From Patescibacteria group bacterium (GTDB lineage Bacteria > Patescibacteriota > Microgenomatia > UBA1400 > PJMF01): a stretch of 55,502 nucleotides of DNA. Position numbers and translations under genes: made by a program. The notes beneath the pieces are model-generated. The model was not told where the DNA came from. It ran no database searches and worked only from the letters and a program-made list of their open reading frames with translations. The stretch lies in assembly GCA_039714855.1 (NCBI GenBank), contig JBDLIL010000001.1:1-55502 (forward strand). The letters are read 5' to 3'. Below, one piece after another: positions 8,650 to 17,336 of the stretch; within the stretch, counting starts at the first letter, position 1; every line of letters begins with the position of its first letter.

Positions 8650-9534
8650 ATGATTAAAAAAATACTAGCCACTTTATTTCTAGTTGTTCCCTTGCTTTTT
8701 GCAACAAGTAAGCCCGGTCATGCCTACGATGTTCCCAAATATGACGGCCCGGTAAATGACCATGCTCAAGTACTTTCCGACGAATTGGAGATAGAGCTAG
8801 AAGCCTATCTTACAAAGTTTGCTCAAGAAAGCAATGGTGCTGAACTAGCCATAGTTACTATAAAAAATCTGGATGGTGAAAGCATCGAAGATCTTGCCCA
8901 ACAATTCTTTGACGATTGGGAAATTGGTAAAAAAGAACTAGATAACGGGGTTTTATTATTAATTTCTATAGACGACAGGGAAATGCGCATTCATACAGGC
9001 TATGGTGTAGAAGCTTCTTTAACAGATAGTGTAGTTGGCAGAATTATTCGTAATGACATTGCCCCAGAATTTAAAAAATATAATTATGAAGCTGGGGTGA
9101 ATAAGGGTGCAAACAATATTATTGCCGCTATTCAAAATCCAGAACAATTTGCTGAAAAAGAAAAACCCGTAACAGAGTTTTTCATATTCTTTTTAGTAAT
9201 TTTTCTTATTACTTTTGGTTCGGGTCTTATGGTTTATATCGCTGCGTTTTTGGGACGAAGCAAATCCTGGTGGTTGGGTGGCTTGATAGGAGTTGTCTTG
9301 GGTATGATTTTAGCCAGCATTACAGGAGCTATTGCTTTTGCTATTTTTGGCCTAATCTTAGATTATATTTTGAGCAAGAATTATAAAACCTGGAAATTGC
9401 AAAAAAAGGCTACTAGCTGGGGCAAAACAAGCGGTGGATTTTTCCCGACTTCTTCGAGCAAATCTAGTTCAAGCTCTAGCTTCTCCTTTGGTGGCGGATC
9501 TAGTGGCGGTGGTGGTGCCAGCGGTGGGTGGTAG
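8650..9534 (+). CDS. TPM-domain protein (YgcG-like)
   Basis: Signal peptide, V.D.A.VLS....LE..L...........VVT...L.G..IE..A pattern, TM segments and a Gly/Ser-rich tail ending GGGASGGW. Typical partner of LemA. Confidence 0.8.
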   Translation: MIKKILATLFLVVPLLFATSKPGHAYDVPKYDGPVNDHAQVLSDELEIELEAYLTKFAQESNGAELAIVTIKNLDGESIEDLAQQFFDDWEIGKKELDNGVLLLISIDDREMRIHTGYGVEASLTDSVVGRIIRNDIAPEFKKYNYEAGVNKGANNIIAAIQNPEQFAEKEKPVTEFFIFFLVIFLITFGSGLMVYIAAFLGRSKSWWLGGLIGVVLGMILASITGAIAFAIFGLILDYILSKNYKTWKLQKKATSWGKTSGGFFPTSSSKSSSSSSFSFGGGSSGGGGASGGW

Positions 9535-9542
9535 AATGCCCT

Positions 9543-9570
9543 ATCAGAGCCCTTAGTAAAGAGCTCTGAT
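9543..9570. terminator. hairpin between convergent genes
   Basis: atcagagc (9543-9550) pairs with gctctgat (9563-9570). A T-rich stretch follows on the plus strand. Confidence 0.4.
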
Positions 9571-9587
9571 TAATTTTTAAATAAATT

Positions 9588-10391
9588 TTACTCTTGGTAC
9601 AAGATATCAGCATATTTCCAGAAAGCATCGTTGCCTTTTTCCTTGGCTACACACTCGCTAGCTTCGGCTGCTTTCTGCGCATTAGCATGGAACGAGAGTG
9701 GAAAGTGCCTATACACCCAAGCAACTTGACCGTCAAATTCATCTATAGCCTGCAACATAGTGGAATGAAATCGCGTACAAAAAGGACACTCAAAGTCTGA
9801 GTATTCTACTAGCTTAACTCTAGCATCTTTATCACCTCTCAGGTGATCATCGTCAGTTACAGCTAGCATACTAGTAAATGTTGGATCCGCAGTAATAGTG
9901 GCGCTGCCATCTAGATATTTTTGAATCATATTTTTTACACCTGACACTGAATTACCCTCTTGATCGGTAAAATCTTCAAATGGTAAAGCTCCACCAATAA
10001 GTTCGACAGGCACTCCATCAACTACTATGATGGTTCCTGGAGTTCCATTGACGCCAGCTTCTCCTCCACTAGCAAACTGATCCTTCACTTTTTGCTCAAA
10101 TTCACCTGAATCAATACAAGTTTGAATCTTTTTTTCGTTAGCTCCTACGGCCTTGGCGCTGGCAACTAAATTTGGCACAGACAAAGGACTTTCTGCAGCT
10201 TCTTCTGCCACAGGCTTATCCACTGCATTGGGCCTAAAAGCAACTCCTGACATTGCTCTTTCTGTCCAAATACTACCTATAAAAAATCCACCAAAAGCAA
10301 CTATGGCGATTATTAATAGCAATCCGAAATTCCTATTCAAAAAGCTTAAAGTATTAGTTAAAGAAAAGGGGCTATCTGTATTATTAGCCAT
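9588..10391 (-). CDS. DsbA-like thioredoxin-fold thiol:disulfide oxidoreductase, membrane anchored
   Basis: N-terminal TM, CPFC active site ([13 protein letters not shown]) and a GGAGG Shine-Dalgarno sequence upstream. Confidence 0.75.
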   Translation of the reverse strand: MANNTDSPFSLTNTLSFLNRNFGLLLIIAIVAFGGFFIGSIWTERAMSGVAFRPNAVDKPVAEEAAESPLSVPNLVASAKAVGANEKKIQTCIDSGEFEQKVKDQFASGGEAGVNGTPGTIIVVDGVPVELIGGALPFEDFTDQEGNSVSGVKNMIQKYLDGSATITADPTFTSMLAVTDDDHLRGDKDARVKLVEYSDFECPFCTRFHSTMLQAIDEFDGQVAWVYRHFPLSFHANAQKAAEASECVAKEKGNDAFWKYADILYQE

Positions 10392-10487
10392 AATTTACCT
10401 CCTTATTTTGTAAAAATTGCTTTATAAAAGTTTGGCTATCTTCTTATAATGCATAAGAAATTACAACGGGTAAAATGTTAGAATCTC

Positions 10488-11291
10488 TTGATGCCTACAC
10501 GAAAACTTTCTTCTTACGAAAAAAACCACTTAAGAAAATTTGGCAAATCTAATATTAATATAGCTGATTATGCTGAAACACCAGTGGAATATATCACCGG
10601 CAAAGTTGAGTTTTATTCCAGAATTTTTGATATAAATCAAGATACTCTTATACCCAGAATAGAAACAGAGGAGTTAGTAAAATTAGCTCTTAATTATTTA
10701 ATTAAAAATAATTATAAAAAAATAAATATTGCTGATATTGGCACTGGCTGTGGTGCTATTGGCATTAGCTTATTCCTAGAACTAGAAAAATTAAATATTA
10801 CTAGCGAAATTTATTTATCTGACATTAGCGAAAAAGCTCTAAAAGTTGCTAAAGTTAATGCCAAGAAACTTATCAATCAAAATATATCGGCCAAAGGCCG
10901 ACCAGCCTCTGGCTGGAAAATTTTTAAAAGTGATTTGCTAACTAATTATCCAAAAAATCAAAAATTTGATTTAATATTAGCAAACCTACCTTACATCCCC
11001 AGTGAAAGAATAAATTATCTAGATTCTAGTGTGAAAGATTATGAACCGCACATTGCTTTGGATGGCGGACCTGACGGCCTAAAACATATTAGAAAATTAT
11101 TAAAGCAAGCTAAAAATAGATTAAAACCTAGGGGCAAAATTATTTTAGAAATTGATCATACTCATACTTTAAATGAACTAGAAAATATAAGTGCTTTTTC
11201 GACCAAAGGCCGACCAGCCTCTGGCTGGAAAGTTGAAATCAAGCTAGATAATTTCGAGAGAAGTAGGTTTGCGATTTTGTCCCTCAGATGA
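10488..11291 (+). CDS. prmC: release-factor glutamine N5-methyltransferase (PrmC/HemK-like)
   Basis: LIPRIETEELV, SAM motif ADIGTGCGAIGISL, and NLPY (10983-10994) where NPPY is expected. Carries two identical in-frame GC-rich inserts. Confidence 0.75.
   Translation: MMPTRKLSSYEKNHLRKFGKSNINIADYAETPVEYITGKVEFYSRIFDINQDTLIPRIETEELVKLALNYLIKNNYKKINIADIGTGCGAIGISLFLELEKLNITSEIYLSDISEKALKVAKVNAKKLINQNISAKGRPASGWKIFKSDLLTNYPKNQKFDLILANLPYIPSERINYLDSSVKDYEPHIALDGGPDGLKHIRKLLKQAKNRLKPRGKIILEIDHTHTLNELENISAFSTKGRPASGWKVEIKLDNFERSRFAILSLR
10887..10919. repeat. GC-rich double-hairpin insert, copy 1, in-frame in prmC (..SAKGRPASGWK..)
   Basis: ccaaaggccgaccagcctctggctggaaa at 10891-10919 is identical to 11203-11231. 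Hairpins are cggcc-aaa-ggccg and ccagcc-tct-ggctgg. Confidence 0.85.
11199..11231. repeat. GC-rich hairpin insert, copy 2, in-frame in prmC (..STKGRPASGWK..)
   Basis: 29/29 nt identical to copy 1 and 32/33 when the preceding tcgR is included. Confidence 0.85.
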
Positions 11292-11308
11292 AAAGAGTAA
11301 TCTCCACC

Positions 11309-11338
11309 AAAAAAGCTCCCCGCAGGGAGCTCTTTTTT
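11309..11338. terminator. bidirectional rho-independent terminator
   Basis: aaaaaa-gctccc-cgca-gggagc-tctttttt between convergent prmC and the RRM gene. Confidence 0.7.
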
Positions 11339-11356
11339 GTTACTAAAAATTAATTT

Positions 11357-11737
11357 TTAATATCTGTTTCCACCGCCACCTCTATTGTTGTCAAAACGTC
11401 TGCCACCGCCGCCAAAACTTCTGTCTCTTTTTTGCATTGGTCTGGCCACATTGACAATGATGTTTCTACCATCTAATTCAGATTCGTGGAATTTCTCTAC
11501 AGCTGCCTGAGCTTCCTCTGAGCTGCTCATTTCCACAAAACCGAAACCTTTTGACTTGCCAGCCAAATGACCCATGTCATCTTTGTGTTTGATTACCACA
11601 GCATCGACAACTTCTCCAACCTCTGAAAAGAGATCTCTAAGAGTATCTTCACCTACTGTATATGGCAAATTGCCAACATAAAGCTTAGCTTTATTGGCCT
11701 CTTCTTGAGGTTGTGCTGCTTGATTATTATTATCCAT
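11357..11737 (-). CDS. RRM-type RNA-binding protein with an RGG tail
   Basis: RNP motifs LYVGNLPY and KGFGFVEM. C-terminal tail is GGGGRRFDNNRGGGGNRY. AGGAGG Shine-Dalgarno sequence before the ATG at 11737. Confidence 0.8.
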   Translation of the reverse strand: MDNNNQAAQPQEEANKAKLYVGNLPYTVGEDTLRDLFSEVGEVVDAVVIKHKDDMGHLAGKSKGFGFVEMSSSEEAQAAVEKFHESELDGRNIIVNVARPMQKRDRSFGGGGRRFDNNRGGGGNRY

Positions 11738-11894
11738 ACAATTCCCCTCCTTGGGAAAACTACGTACCAATGGCACGCTTCTCGTTTTTTGTTTTTATTC
11801 CTGATTCCTTATACTATTTTGAAAAAAATACTTGAGGAGAACTAAAGCAAAAAACTTTTAAATACTGCCTGGTATTATATAGTAATTATTCACA

Positions 11895-11924
11895 TTAGCT
11901 AGTAGATAGTATTTATGGTAGAAT
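11895..11924 (+). promoter_or_regulatory. candidate sigma70-type promoter of rplJ-rplL
   Basis: ttagct, 18-nt spacer, then extended -10 tgg-tagaat (11916-11924). Confidence 0.35.
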
Positions 11925-11937
11925 GAAAGCTAATTCC

Positions 11938-12029
11938 AGAGACAAAGTGCAAAAAAATAAGTCACTTCGAGGAAAAATACTTCAAGGCAAAATTACAATA
12001 AGCCTGTTTTTTTCCAAATAATTGTCTCT
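11938..12029 (+). promoter_or_regulatory. possible structured rplJ leader (L10-leader-like)
   Basis: agagacaa (11938-11945) can pair with ttgtctct (12022-12029), enclosing about 75 nt upstream of rplJ. The call rests on position only; I could not match covariation or consensus by eye. Confidence 0.25.
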
Positions 12030-12097
12030 AACAAATAAGCTAAAAATTAACCTAAGTTTAGAAATTAGTAATTAGGACAATCAGAAACTGGAGAAAA

Positions 12098-12598
12098 ATG
12101 CCAAGTCAAAAAAATCAACAACTAGTTGAAACAATTAAAACCAAATTAGATCAAGCTAAGTCTGTGGTGATTGTCGACTACTCTGGCACCAGTGTAAATG
12201 ATCAAACAAAGTTGCGCAGTACTATAAAAGAAGCTGGTGGCGAACTCATGGTCACCAAGAATACTCTCATTAACCTAGCAACTGATAAGAATGAACTAAA
12301 AGAATCACTAGAAGGTATGAATGCAATAGTCTTTTCTTTTGAAGATGAAATAGCTGCTATAAAAGCGTTATTTGAATTCCATGACACAGAAGACAAATTG
12401 AGTATCAAGCAAGGTATCATGGAAGACAAAGTTTTGAGTGCAGAAGAAGTAGAGGCTCTCAGCAAATTGCCTAGTAAAGATCAACTCATTGCTACCCTTA
12501 TTAGTAGAATTCAGGGACCAAGCTATGGATTGGTCAATGTAATGAAAGCTGGCCAAAGAAATTTGGTTTATGTATTAAAAGCAATTAGTAAAAAGTAA
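12098..12598 (+). CDS. rplJ: 50S ribosomal protein L10
   Basis: K...V..........S.V.+.DY.G.+V.....LR.....G.....V.KNTL. pattern, and position directly upstream of rplL. Confidence 0.9.
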   Translation: MPSQKNQQLVETIKTKLDQAKSVVIVDYSGTSVNDQTKLRSTIKEAGGELMVTKNTLINLATDKNELKESLEGMNAIVFSFEDEIAAIKALFEFHDTEDKLSIKQGIMEDKVLSAEEVEALSKLPSKDQLIATLISRIQGPSYGLVNVMKAGQRNLVYVLKAISKK

Positions 12599-12602
12599 TG
12601 TA

Positions 12603-12647
12603 GATCCCTCGGCTATGCTTCCGCCAAAGGCGGACGGGCGGGATGAC
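12603..12647 (+). repeat. GC-rich hairpin element in the rplJ-rplL spacer
   Basis: gatccctcggctatgcttccgccaaaggcggacgggcgggatgac with hairpin tccgcc-aaa-ggcgga (12620-12634). Same family as 7570-7609. Confidence 0.6.
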
Positions 12648-12663
12648 AAAAAGGAAAATTTAT

Positions 12664-13074
12664 ATGTCAGACGACACAAAAAAGGCAATAGAATTGCCAA
12701 AAAACTTAGTAAAAATTGTAGATGAGATCAAAAAGCTCTCACTCATGGAAGTTTCACAATTGGTGGAAGCTCTTGAAGATGAGTTTGGTGTTAGCGCTGC
12801 TGCTCCAGTAGCCATGGCTGCTGCACCCGGTGCCGCTGCCGCTGCTCCTGCAGAAGAAAAAACTGAGTTCGACGTTATCTTAAAAGATGCTGGTAGTAAT
12901 AAAATTGCTGCCATTAAGGCTGTAAGAGCACTCAAGCAAGATTTGGGATTAGCCGAAGCAAAGAAATTTGTAGAATCAGCACCTCAAACCGTCTTGGAAA
13001 ATGCTAAAAAAGAGGATGCAGAAGCTGCACAAAAATCTTTAGAAGAAGCAGGTTGCGTAGTAGAATTAAAATAA
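12664..13074 (+). CDS. rplL: 50S ribosomal protein L7/L12
   Basis: [31 protein letters not shown], an Ala/Pro hinge, and [25 protein letters not shown] at 12664 preferred over the element-borne ATG at 12643. Confidence 0.9.
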   Translation: MSDDTKKAIELPKNLVKIVDEIKKLSLMEVSQLVEALEDEFGVSAAAPVAMAAAPGAAAAAPAEEKTEFDVILKDAGSNKIAAIKAVRALKQDLGLAEAKKFVESAPQTVLENAKKEDAEAAQKSLEEAGCVVELK

Positions 13075-13097
13075 AAAAATAAATTTATTAAATTTGT

Positions 13098-13126
13098 AGA
13101 GACACGCCATGGCGTGTCTCTTTTTT
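13098..13126 (+). terminator. rho-independent terminator after rplL
   Basis: Perfect palindrome agagacacgcc-atgg.. (agagacacgccatggcgtgtctct) followed by tttttt. Confidence 0.75.
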
Positions 13127-13200
13127 GAATTAGAAACACCAAATATTCCTGCCTGTTTGTATATTTCAAGCAAATAAATTTATCGAAGAAACAAAAGTAA

Positions 13201-13632
13201 CTACCGATAATTGGTTTTAAACCATTTTAAAGCTTCTTTGAATACTTTTTTTATTTCAGAAAAAGTTAGCTTCTCCATGGTTTCTTTTTCACCACACCAA
13301 GTAAAACCTTGCAATTCATCCTCTTGAATAATTACGCTGTCCTCCTCTATTTCTCCTAAAAAATATTCCACAGTTTTGTCTATCAAATATCCATTCTCTT
13401 TAAAAGAGTATTTTTCTTGGAAGGCATTATTGCGGAAAAGTCTTACTTTATTTATACCCACCTCCTCAGCCAACTCCCTCAAAGCTGTTTGAAATTTATC
13501 CTCGCCAATTTCAGGATGACCTTTGGGAAAACTCCAGTGTCCCTTTTGATGATGCACCAATAAAAAGAATTTCTCGCCATTTTTAACAAAAAACGGAATC
13601 ACACCGTATGAATAATCTTTTTTTTTCTTCAC
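13201..13632 (-). CDS. NUDIX hydrolase
   Basis: Nudix box G.WSFPKGHPEIGEDKFQTALRELAEEVGI. Confidence 0.8.
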   Translation of the reverse strand: MKKKKDYSYGVIPFFVKNGEKFFLLVHHQKGHWSFPKGHPEIGEDKFQTALRELAEEVGINKVRLFRNNAFQEKYSFKENGYLIDKTVEYFLGEIEEDSVIIQEDELQGFTWCGEKETMEKLTFSEIKKVFKEALKWFKTNYR

Positions 13633-13709
13633 AACTTACCCCTTGAGTTTATAAACAGTTACTGTGTAGTATGTGTAGTATACCTTGTTTTTTTTGTTAA
13701 GGAAAAAAT

Positions 13710-14036
13710 ATGCAACGCGGCGTTTTAAAGCTAAACAATAAGCAATTGGATGTTTGTCTGCAACAGCTAGCTGGCTCTTCCCAAGATGTCCAATTTTTAA
13801 TAGAAAAGCTAACTCATGCCAAAGAAACTGTGTCCTTGAGTGCCACAGTAGAATTGAGTGAAGATGAAGTAGATATATTACTGGATGCTCTGCCCGCCCC
13901 CCAAGCAAATGAGATTAAAGACTTGAGTAGCTTGAGACAAAATTTACAAAAATTCTTGATGCAGCTGAGAAACAAACAAAGCAAGAAACCGAGCTCTTTC
14001 TTAACAAAACTTAATCCTTTGAATTGGTTTAGATAA
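13710..14036 (+). CDS. hypothetical protein
   Basis: 108-aa ORF with an AAGGA Shine-Dalgarno sequence before the ATG. No family recognised. Confidence 0.4.
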   Translation: MQRGVLKLNNKQLDVCLQQLAGSSQDVQFLIEKLTHAKETVSLSATVELSEDEVDILLDALPAPQANEIKDLSSLRQNLQKFLMQLRNKQSKKPSSFLTKLNPLNWFR

Positions 14037-14039
14037 AAA

Positions 14040-14816
14040 TCACAATTTCGGTGGCAAAGGAATGAGCGAGCTAGTTGTTTCTTGGTATTTCTTATACCCT
14101 GCATTGCCCTCATATCTTTTCTCCAACATAGGAATACCAGATACACTTGTGAGCAGATAGGTAATAGTCAGAGGGCCAACTATACTAATTAAACCATCTT
14201 TGGCCGAAAGCGCAATCATAAATACACCCCACCAAACAAGAAGTTCCCCGAAATAGTTTGGATGTCTAGAGTATCTCCAAAGTCCAGTTTTAAGAACTTT
14301 GTTTTTATTACTAGCTTTTTTCTTAAATTGGAATAACTGATAGTCTGCTATTGATTCAAACAGAAAACCTAAAAACCAAATAGAAACCCCCAAGTAATCT
14401 ACTAGTCCAAGTGGTTTCCAAGCATAAGCAGCTGTCCAGATGATTGGCACTGATATAATCATTAATAGGCAAGACTGTAATAAAAAAACATTTAGATATG
14501 CTTTAATTTCCCACCACTTGCCCCATTTTTTACGCCAATTCCTATAGCGCCAATCTTCTCCCTTACTTTTATTACGCAGAAAAATATGCACACCAAGTCT
14601 TGCACTCCAAATAGTCAGCAATAACATTAGCATCAAATATCTGATACTAATATTCATGGTAAGAAACAAAGAAATCAAACTTACCAATACAAATCCCATG
14701 GGCCAAGCAATATCAGCAACATCGTTACGCCTGCGCGCTATCGCAAGAGCAAAAACACAATAATAAAGAACACTAACAACGAAAGCTGCAAGGGAAAAAA
14801 CTATAAGAAAACTCAT
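14040..14816 (-). CDS. DUF1295 / steroid 5-alpha-reductase-like membrane protein
   Basis: Polytopic membrane protein with C-terminal motif GLWRYSRHPNYFGELLVWWG. Confidence 0.75.
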   Translation of the reverse strand: MSFLIVFSLAAFVVSVLYYCVFALAIARRRNDVADIAWPMGFVLVSLISLFLTMNISIRYLMLMLLLTIWSARLGVHIFLRNKSKGEDWRYRNWRKKWGKWWEIKAYLNVFLLQSCLLMIISVPIIWTAAYAWKPLGLVDYLGVSIWFLGFLFESIADYQLFQFKKKASNKNKVLKTGLWRYSRHPNYFGELLVWWGVFMIALSAKDGLISIVGPLTITYLLTSVSGIPMLEKRYEGNAGYKKYQETTSSLIPLPPKL

Positions 14817-14882
14817 ATATTTTTAGTATAGCAATAATAATACTCGTTGGTTAACCAGATCACAATGCATCATAAGTATGCA

Positions 14883-15812
14883 TCAAGTTGTAGAGTTCTC
14901 AAAAACTTTGGCGAGATCCGACTGAATATCTTTTGCCTTGAAACCTATGACTATTAATTTTGATTCGTTGCTGCTGACGAGCCCCAGATGGTTGGGGATT
15001 GGCGAAAAAGAAACACGTTTGTATGCAGCATTAATCACTTGCAATCCTTCATTGGTTTTCACAATGCCCTTAACTCTAAATATACTCTTGGGTAAATCTT
15101 TAACAGATTGAGCTAATTTGTCTTTGTCAAAAACCTTTTTAGACTCATAGGTAAAAGCATTAATTTGATCTTCGATTTCGTGATGCTGCTTACTAGATTC
15201 TTGCTGCAACAAATTACTAAGTTCATGATTAGCAATGCCAAACACTAATTCTGGATTTATTTTGCCCCCCAGAGCTTCTACTATCGGCGAATATTCATTA
15301 AGCTCTCTCACGTAACCTACTACTCTTCTTTTTTGTTGAATATCAACTCTCTCAATTTTATTAAAAATGATTAAATCGGTCATCTCAGCCTGACGTTTTG
15401 CTGCATCATGAATATCTTTGTATCCCTCAAAATTCTCCACGTCGATGATCGCAATCAATCCATCTCTGGCGAGCAAGGGATGATCTTCCACCATTAGTGC
15501 GAGACTGACTGGGTCTGCAGTACCAGCCGACTCAACTATAATTCGATCTGGCCCATAAGTAGAAACCAACTCATTAATAGAATTAATAAAGGGTCCAACT
15601 AAAGTGCAACAAATACAGCCATTCAATAATTCAGTTGCCTTAATGTTTTTTCCTCTCATCAGCTTGGCGTCCAGATCTTCTTCGCCAATTTCGTTTTTTA
15701 CATAAGCAACTTTTTCACCTTTATTTTGCAGGTAGTCTATTAAGTGATTAATAATGGTAGTTTTACCTGAACCTAAAAATCCTGTTATTATAGTAGTAGG
15801 TATTTTTTGCAT
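14883..15812 (-). CDS. COG0523 (CobW/YjiA-like) metallochaperone GTPase
   Basis: P-loop ITGFLGSGKTTIINHL, GCICCT metal motif and ESAGTADP. Confidence 0.85.
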   Translation of the reverse strand: MQKIPTTIITGFLGSGKTTIINHLIDYLQNKGEKVAYVKNEIGEEDLDAKLMRGKNIKATELLNGCICCTLVGPFINSINELVSTYGPDRIIVESAGTADPVSLALMVEDHPLLARDGLIAIIDVENFEGYKDIHDAAKRQAEMTDLIIFNKIERVDIQQKRRVVGYVRELNEYSPIVEALGGKINPELVFGIANHELSNLLQQESSKQHHEIEDQINAFTYESKKVFDKDKLAQSVKDLPKSIFRVKGIVKTNEGLQVINAAYKRVSFSPIPNHLGLVSSNESKLIVIGFKAKDIQSDLAKVFENSTT

Positions 15813-15834
15813 AAACACATAATACCTCACCTAT

Positions 15835-16575
15835 ATGTTAAAAAAATCACTTCTTTTGTTTTTCTTGGGATTAATCGCTCCCTTGCTATTAGTTTCTTAT
15901 TTGTTAACTAAGAAAAGCAAAGCCAAAGTCTTGGGAACTAGTATTTACGAAGATCCTGTTATTCGTTCTGTGAAAACAGGAAAAAAAGTGATTGCCCTTA
16001 CTTTTGATGATGGCCCCAGCCCAAGCACTGAAGACGTATTGGCAAATTTGAGATATTACAAAATACCAGCTACTTTTTTTATGGTAGGCAATAAGCTGCA
16101 AAAATTCCCTGACATCGCTAAACAAATAATGAAAGATGAGCATGAAATTGGCAATCATACTAATACTCACCCTTTTACTTGGATGACTTTTTTGATGAAT
16201 CAAAAGAAAATTAGTCAAGAGATTTTGATAGCCGAAGAAAAGATTTATGAAGCTACTGGAGCAAGGAGTAAGATGATGCGCTCTCCGTTTGGCTGGTATA
16301 CAGATAATTTATTTGCGGTGGTGGGAACTTTGCAATATAAAGTAATTGGCTGGGATGTAGATCCAGAAGACTGGCGTCGACCTGGTAAAGATAAAATAGT
16401 GGAAAGAGTTTTGACAGAAGTAAAACCAGGCAGCATCATTTTATTACATGACGGCCCCTATACCGCTGACAGAAGTCAAACAATAGCTGCTCTGCCAGAA
16501 ATTATTCAAGGCCTTTGGGATAAAGGCTATCATTTTGTGACCGTGAGCGAATTGCTGAAGTATGATAATAAATAA
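15835..16575 (+). CDS. polysaccharide deacetylase (NodB homology domain), membrane anchored
   Basis: ALTFDDGPS, HEIGNHTNTHP, MRSPFG and LLHDG motifs. Confidence 0.85.
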   Translation: MLKKSLLLFFLGLIAPLLLVSYLLTKKSKAKVLGTSIYEDPVIRSVKTGKKVIALTFDDGPSPSTEDVLANLRYYKIPATFFMVGNKLQKFPDIAKQIMKDEHEIGNHTNTHPFTWMTFLMNQKKISQEILIAEEKIYEATGARSKMMRSPFGWYTDNLFAVVGTLQYKVIGWDVDPEDWRRPGKDKIVERVLTEVKPGSIILLHDGPYTADRSQTIAALPEIIQGLWDKGYHFVTVSELLKYDNK

Positions 16576-16657
16576 TTTCTCTCCAGAGAGAGAAAAATAT
16601 TAACCCCAACATTCTTTAAGTGCTGATTATTAAAACTATTGTATACTAAAACATATC

Positions 16658-16849
16658 ATGTCCCTCAAGCACTTGCTAAACAAACTACTCAGCCTTATTC
16701 CTGGTACTCGCCAATCGCGCGTAAGGCGAGCCGCTACAAATAGCATAAATAAATTTCAAAAAACTTTGGAACTGTTAGATAAATATGACAAAGGTGAAAT
16801 CTCCCTCAAAAGAAAAGGTAAAACTGTGGCTAGATCTAAAAACCTGTGA
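16658..16849 (+). CDS. small basic ORF upstream of, and overlapping, the Doc-like gene; possible antitoxin or a false ORF
   Basis: 63-aa ORF that overlaps the next gene by 65 nt in another frame. No family recognised. Confidence 0.25.
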   Translation: MSLKHLLNKLLSLIPGTRQSRVRRAATNSINKFQKTLELLDKYDKGEISLKRKGKTVARSKNL

Positions 16850-17336
16850 AGTTGTTTATAGTAGCTTCCGCAGTGAATATGAAAAAAATGGCGATGAACC
16901 TTTGCCTCCATTTGACTCTCGTTACCCAGGCAGACTTGAATCAATAATAGAATCAGTTAAATTGCGCTACGGGCAACTTGAGTCAGATGCTAGTATTTCC
17001 CAGATTGCTAGCGACTACTTTGTAAGAATTACCAAAAGCCAATCCCTGGTAAATGGTAATAAGCGCATGGGCGTACTTTTTACCTCCGTATTTTTATATT
17101 TAAATGACTATGATCTGCAGTTTGGACAAACAAAGTTGGCAGAGTTTTCTCTATCTGTAGCTAGCAGTAAGAAAAAGATAGACAAAGTGCAAACAGAAAT
17201 TCAGAAAGTTTTTACAAAGAAAATTAAAAAGAGAGAATATGGTTTTAGAATTTCGTTTAATAAATTTGTGCAATATTATGTAGAGAGAATTAGAAAAATT
17301 AAGCTGCCTGGCCGCAGCAAAACCCAAAAAAAATAA
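16785..17336 (+). CDS. Fic/Doc-fold protein with a degenerate active-site motif
   Basis: SRYPGRLESIIESV... and ITKSQSLVNGNKRMGVLF align to the Doc motif HxFxDxNKR, but with Gln at the His position (17040-17066). Confidence 0.6.
   Translation: MTKVKSPSKEKVKLWLDLKTCEVVYSSFRSEYEKNGDEPLPPFDSRYPGRLESIIESVKLRYGQLESDASISQIASDYFVRITKSQSLVNGNKRMGVLFTSVFLYLNDYDLQFGQTKLAEFSLSVASSKKKIDKVQTEIQKVFTKKIKKREYGFRISFNKFVQYYVERIRKIKLPGRSKTQKK

Noticed and set aside
8078-9534. LemA-TPM pair and the Gly/Ser-rich tail of the TPM protein as something unusual
   Set aside because: This gene pair and the GGGxSGGW-type tail are widespread and ordinary for these families.
13636-14146. Minus-strand ORFs 13636-13908 and 13814-14146
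   Set aside because: They overlap the plus-strand 13710-14036 ORF, which has a Shine-Dalgarno sequence. They also run into neighbouring genes and match no family.
16577-16594. Hairpin ttctctc-caga-gagagaa after the deacetylase gene as a terminator
   Set aside because: No U-tract follows on the transcribed strand, so it was not called as a terminator.
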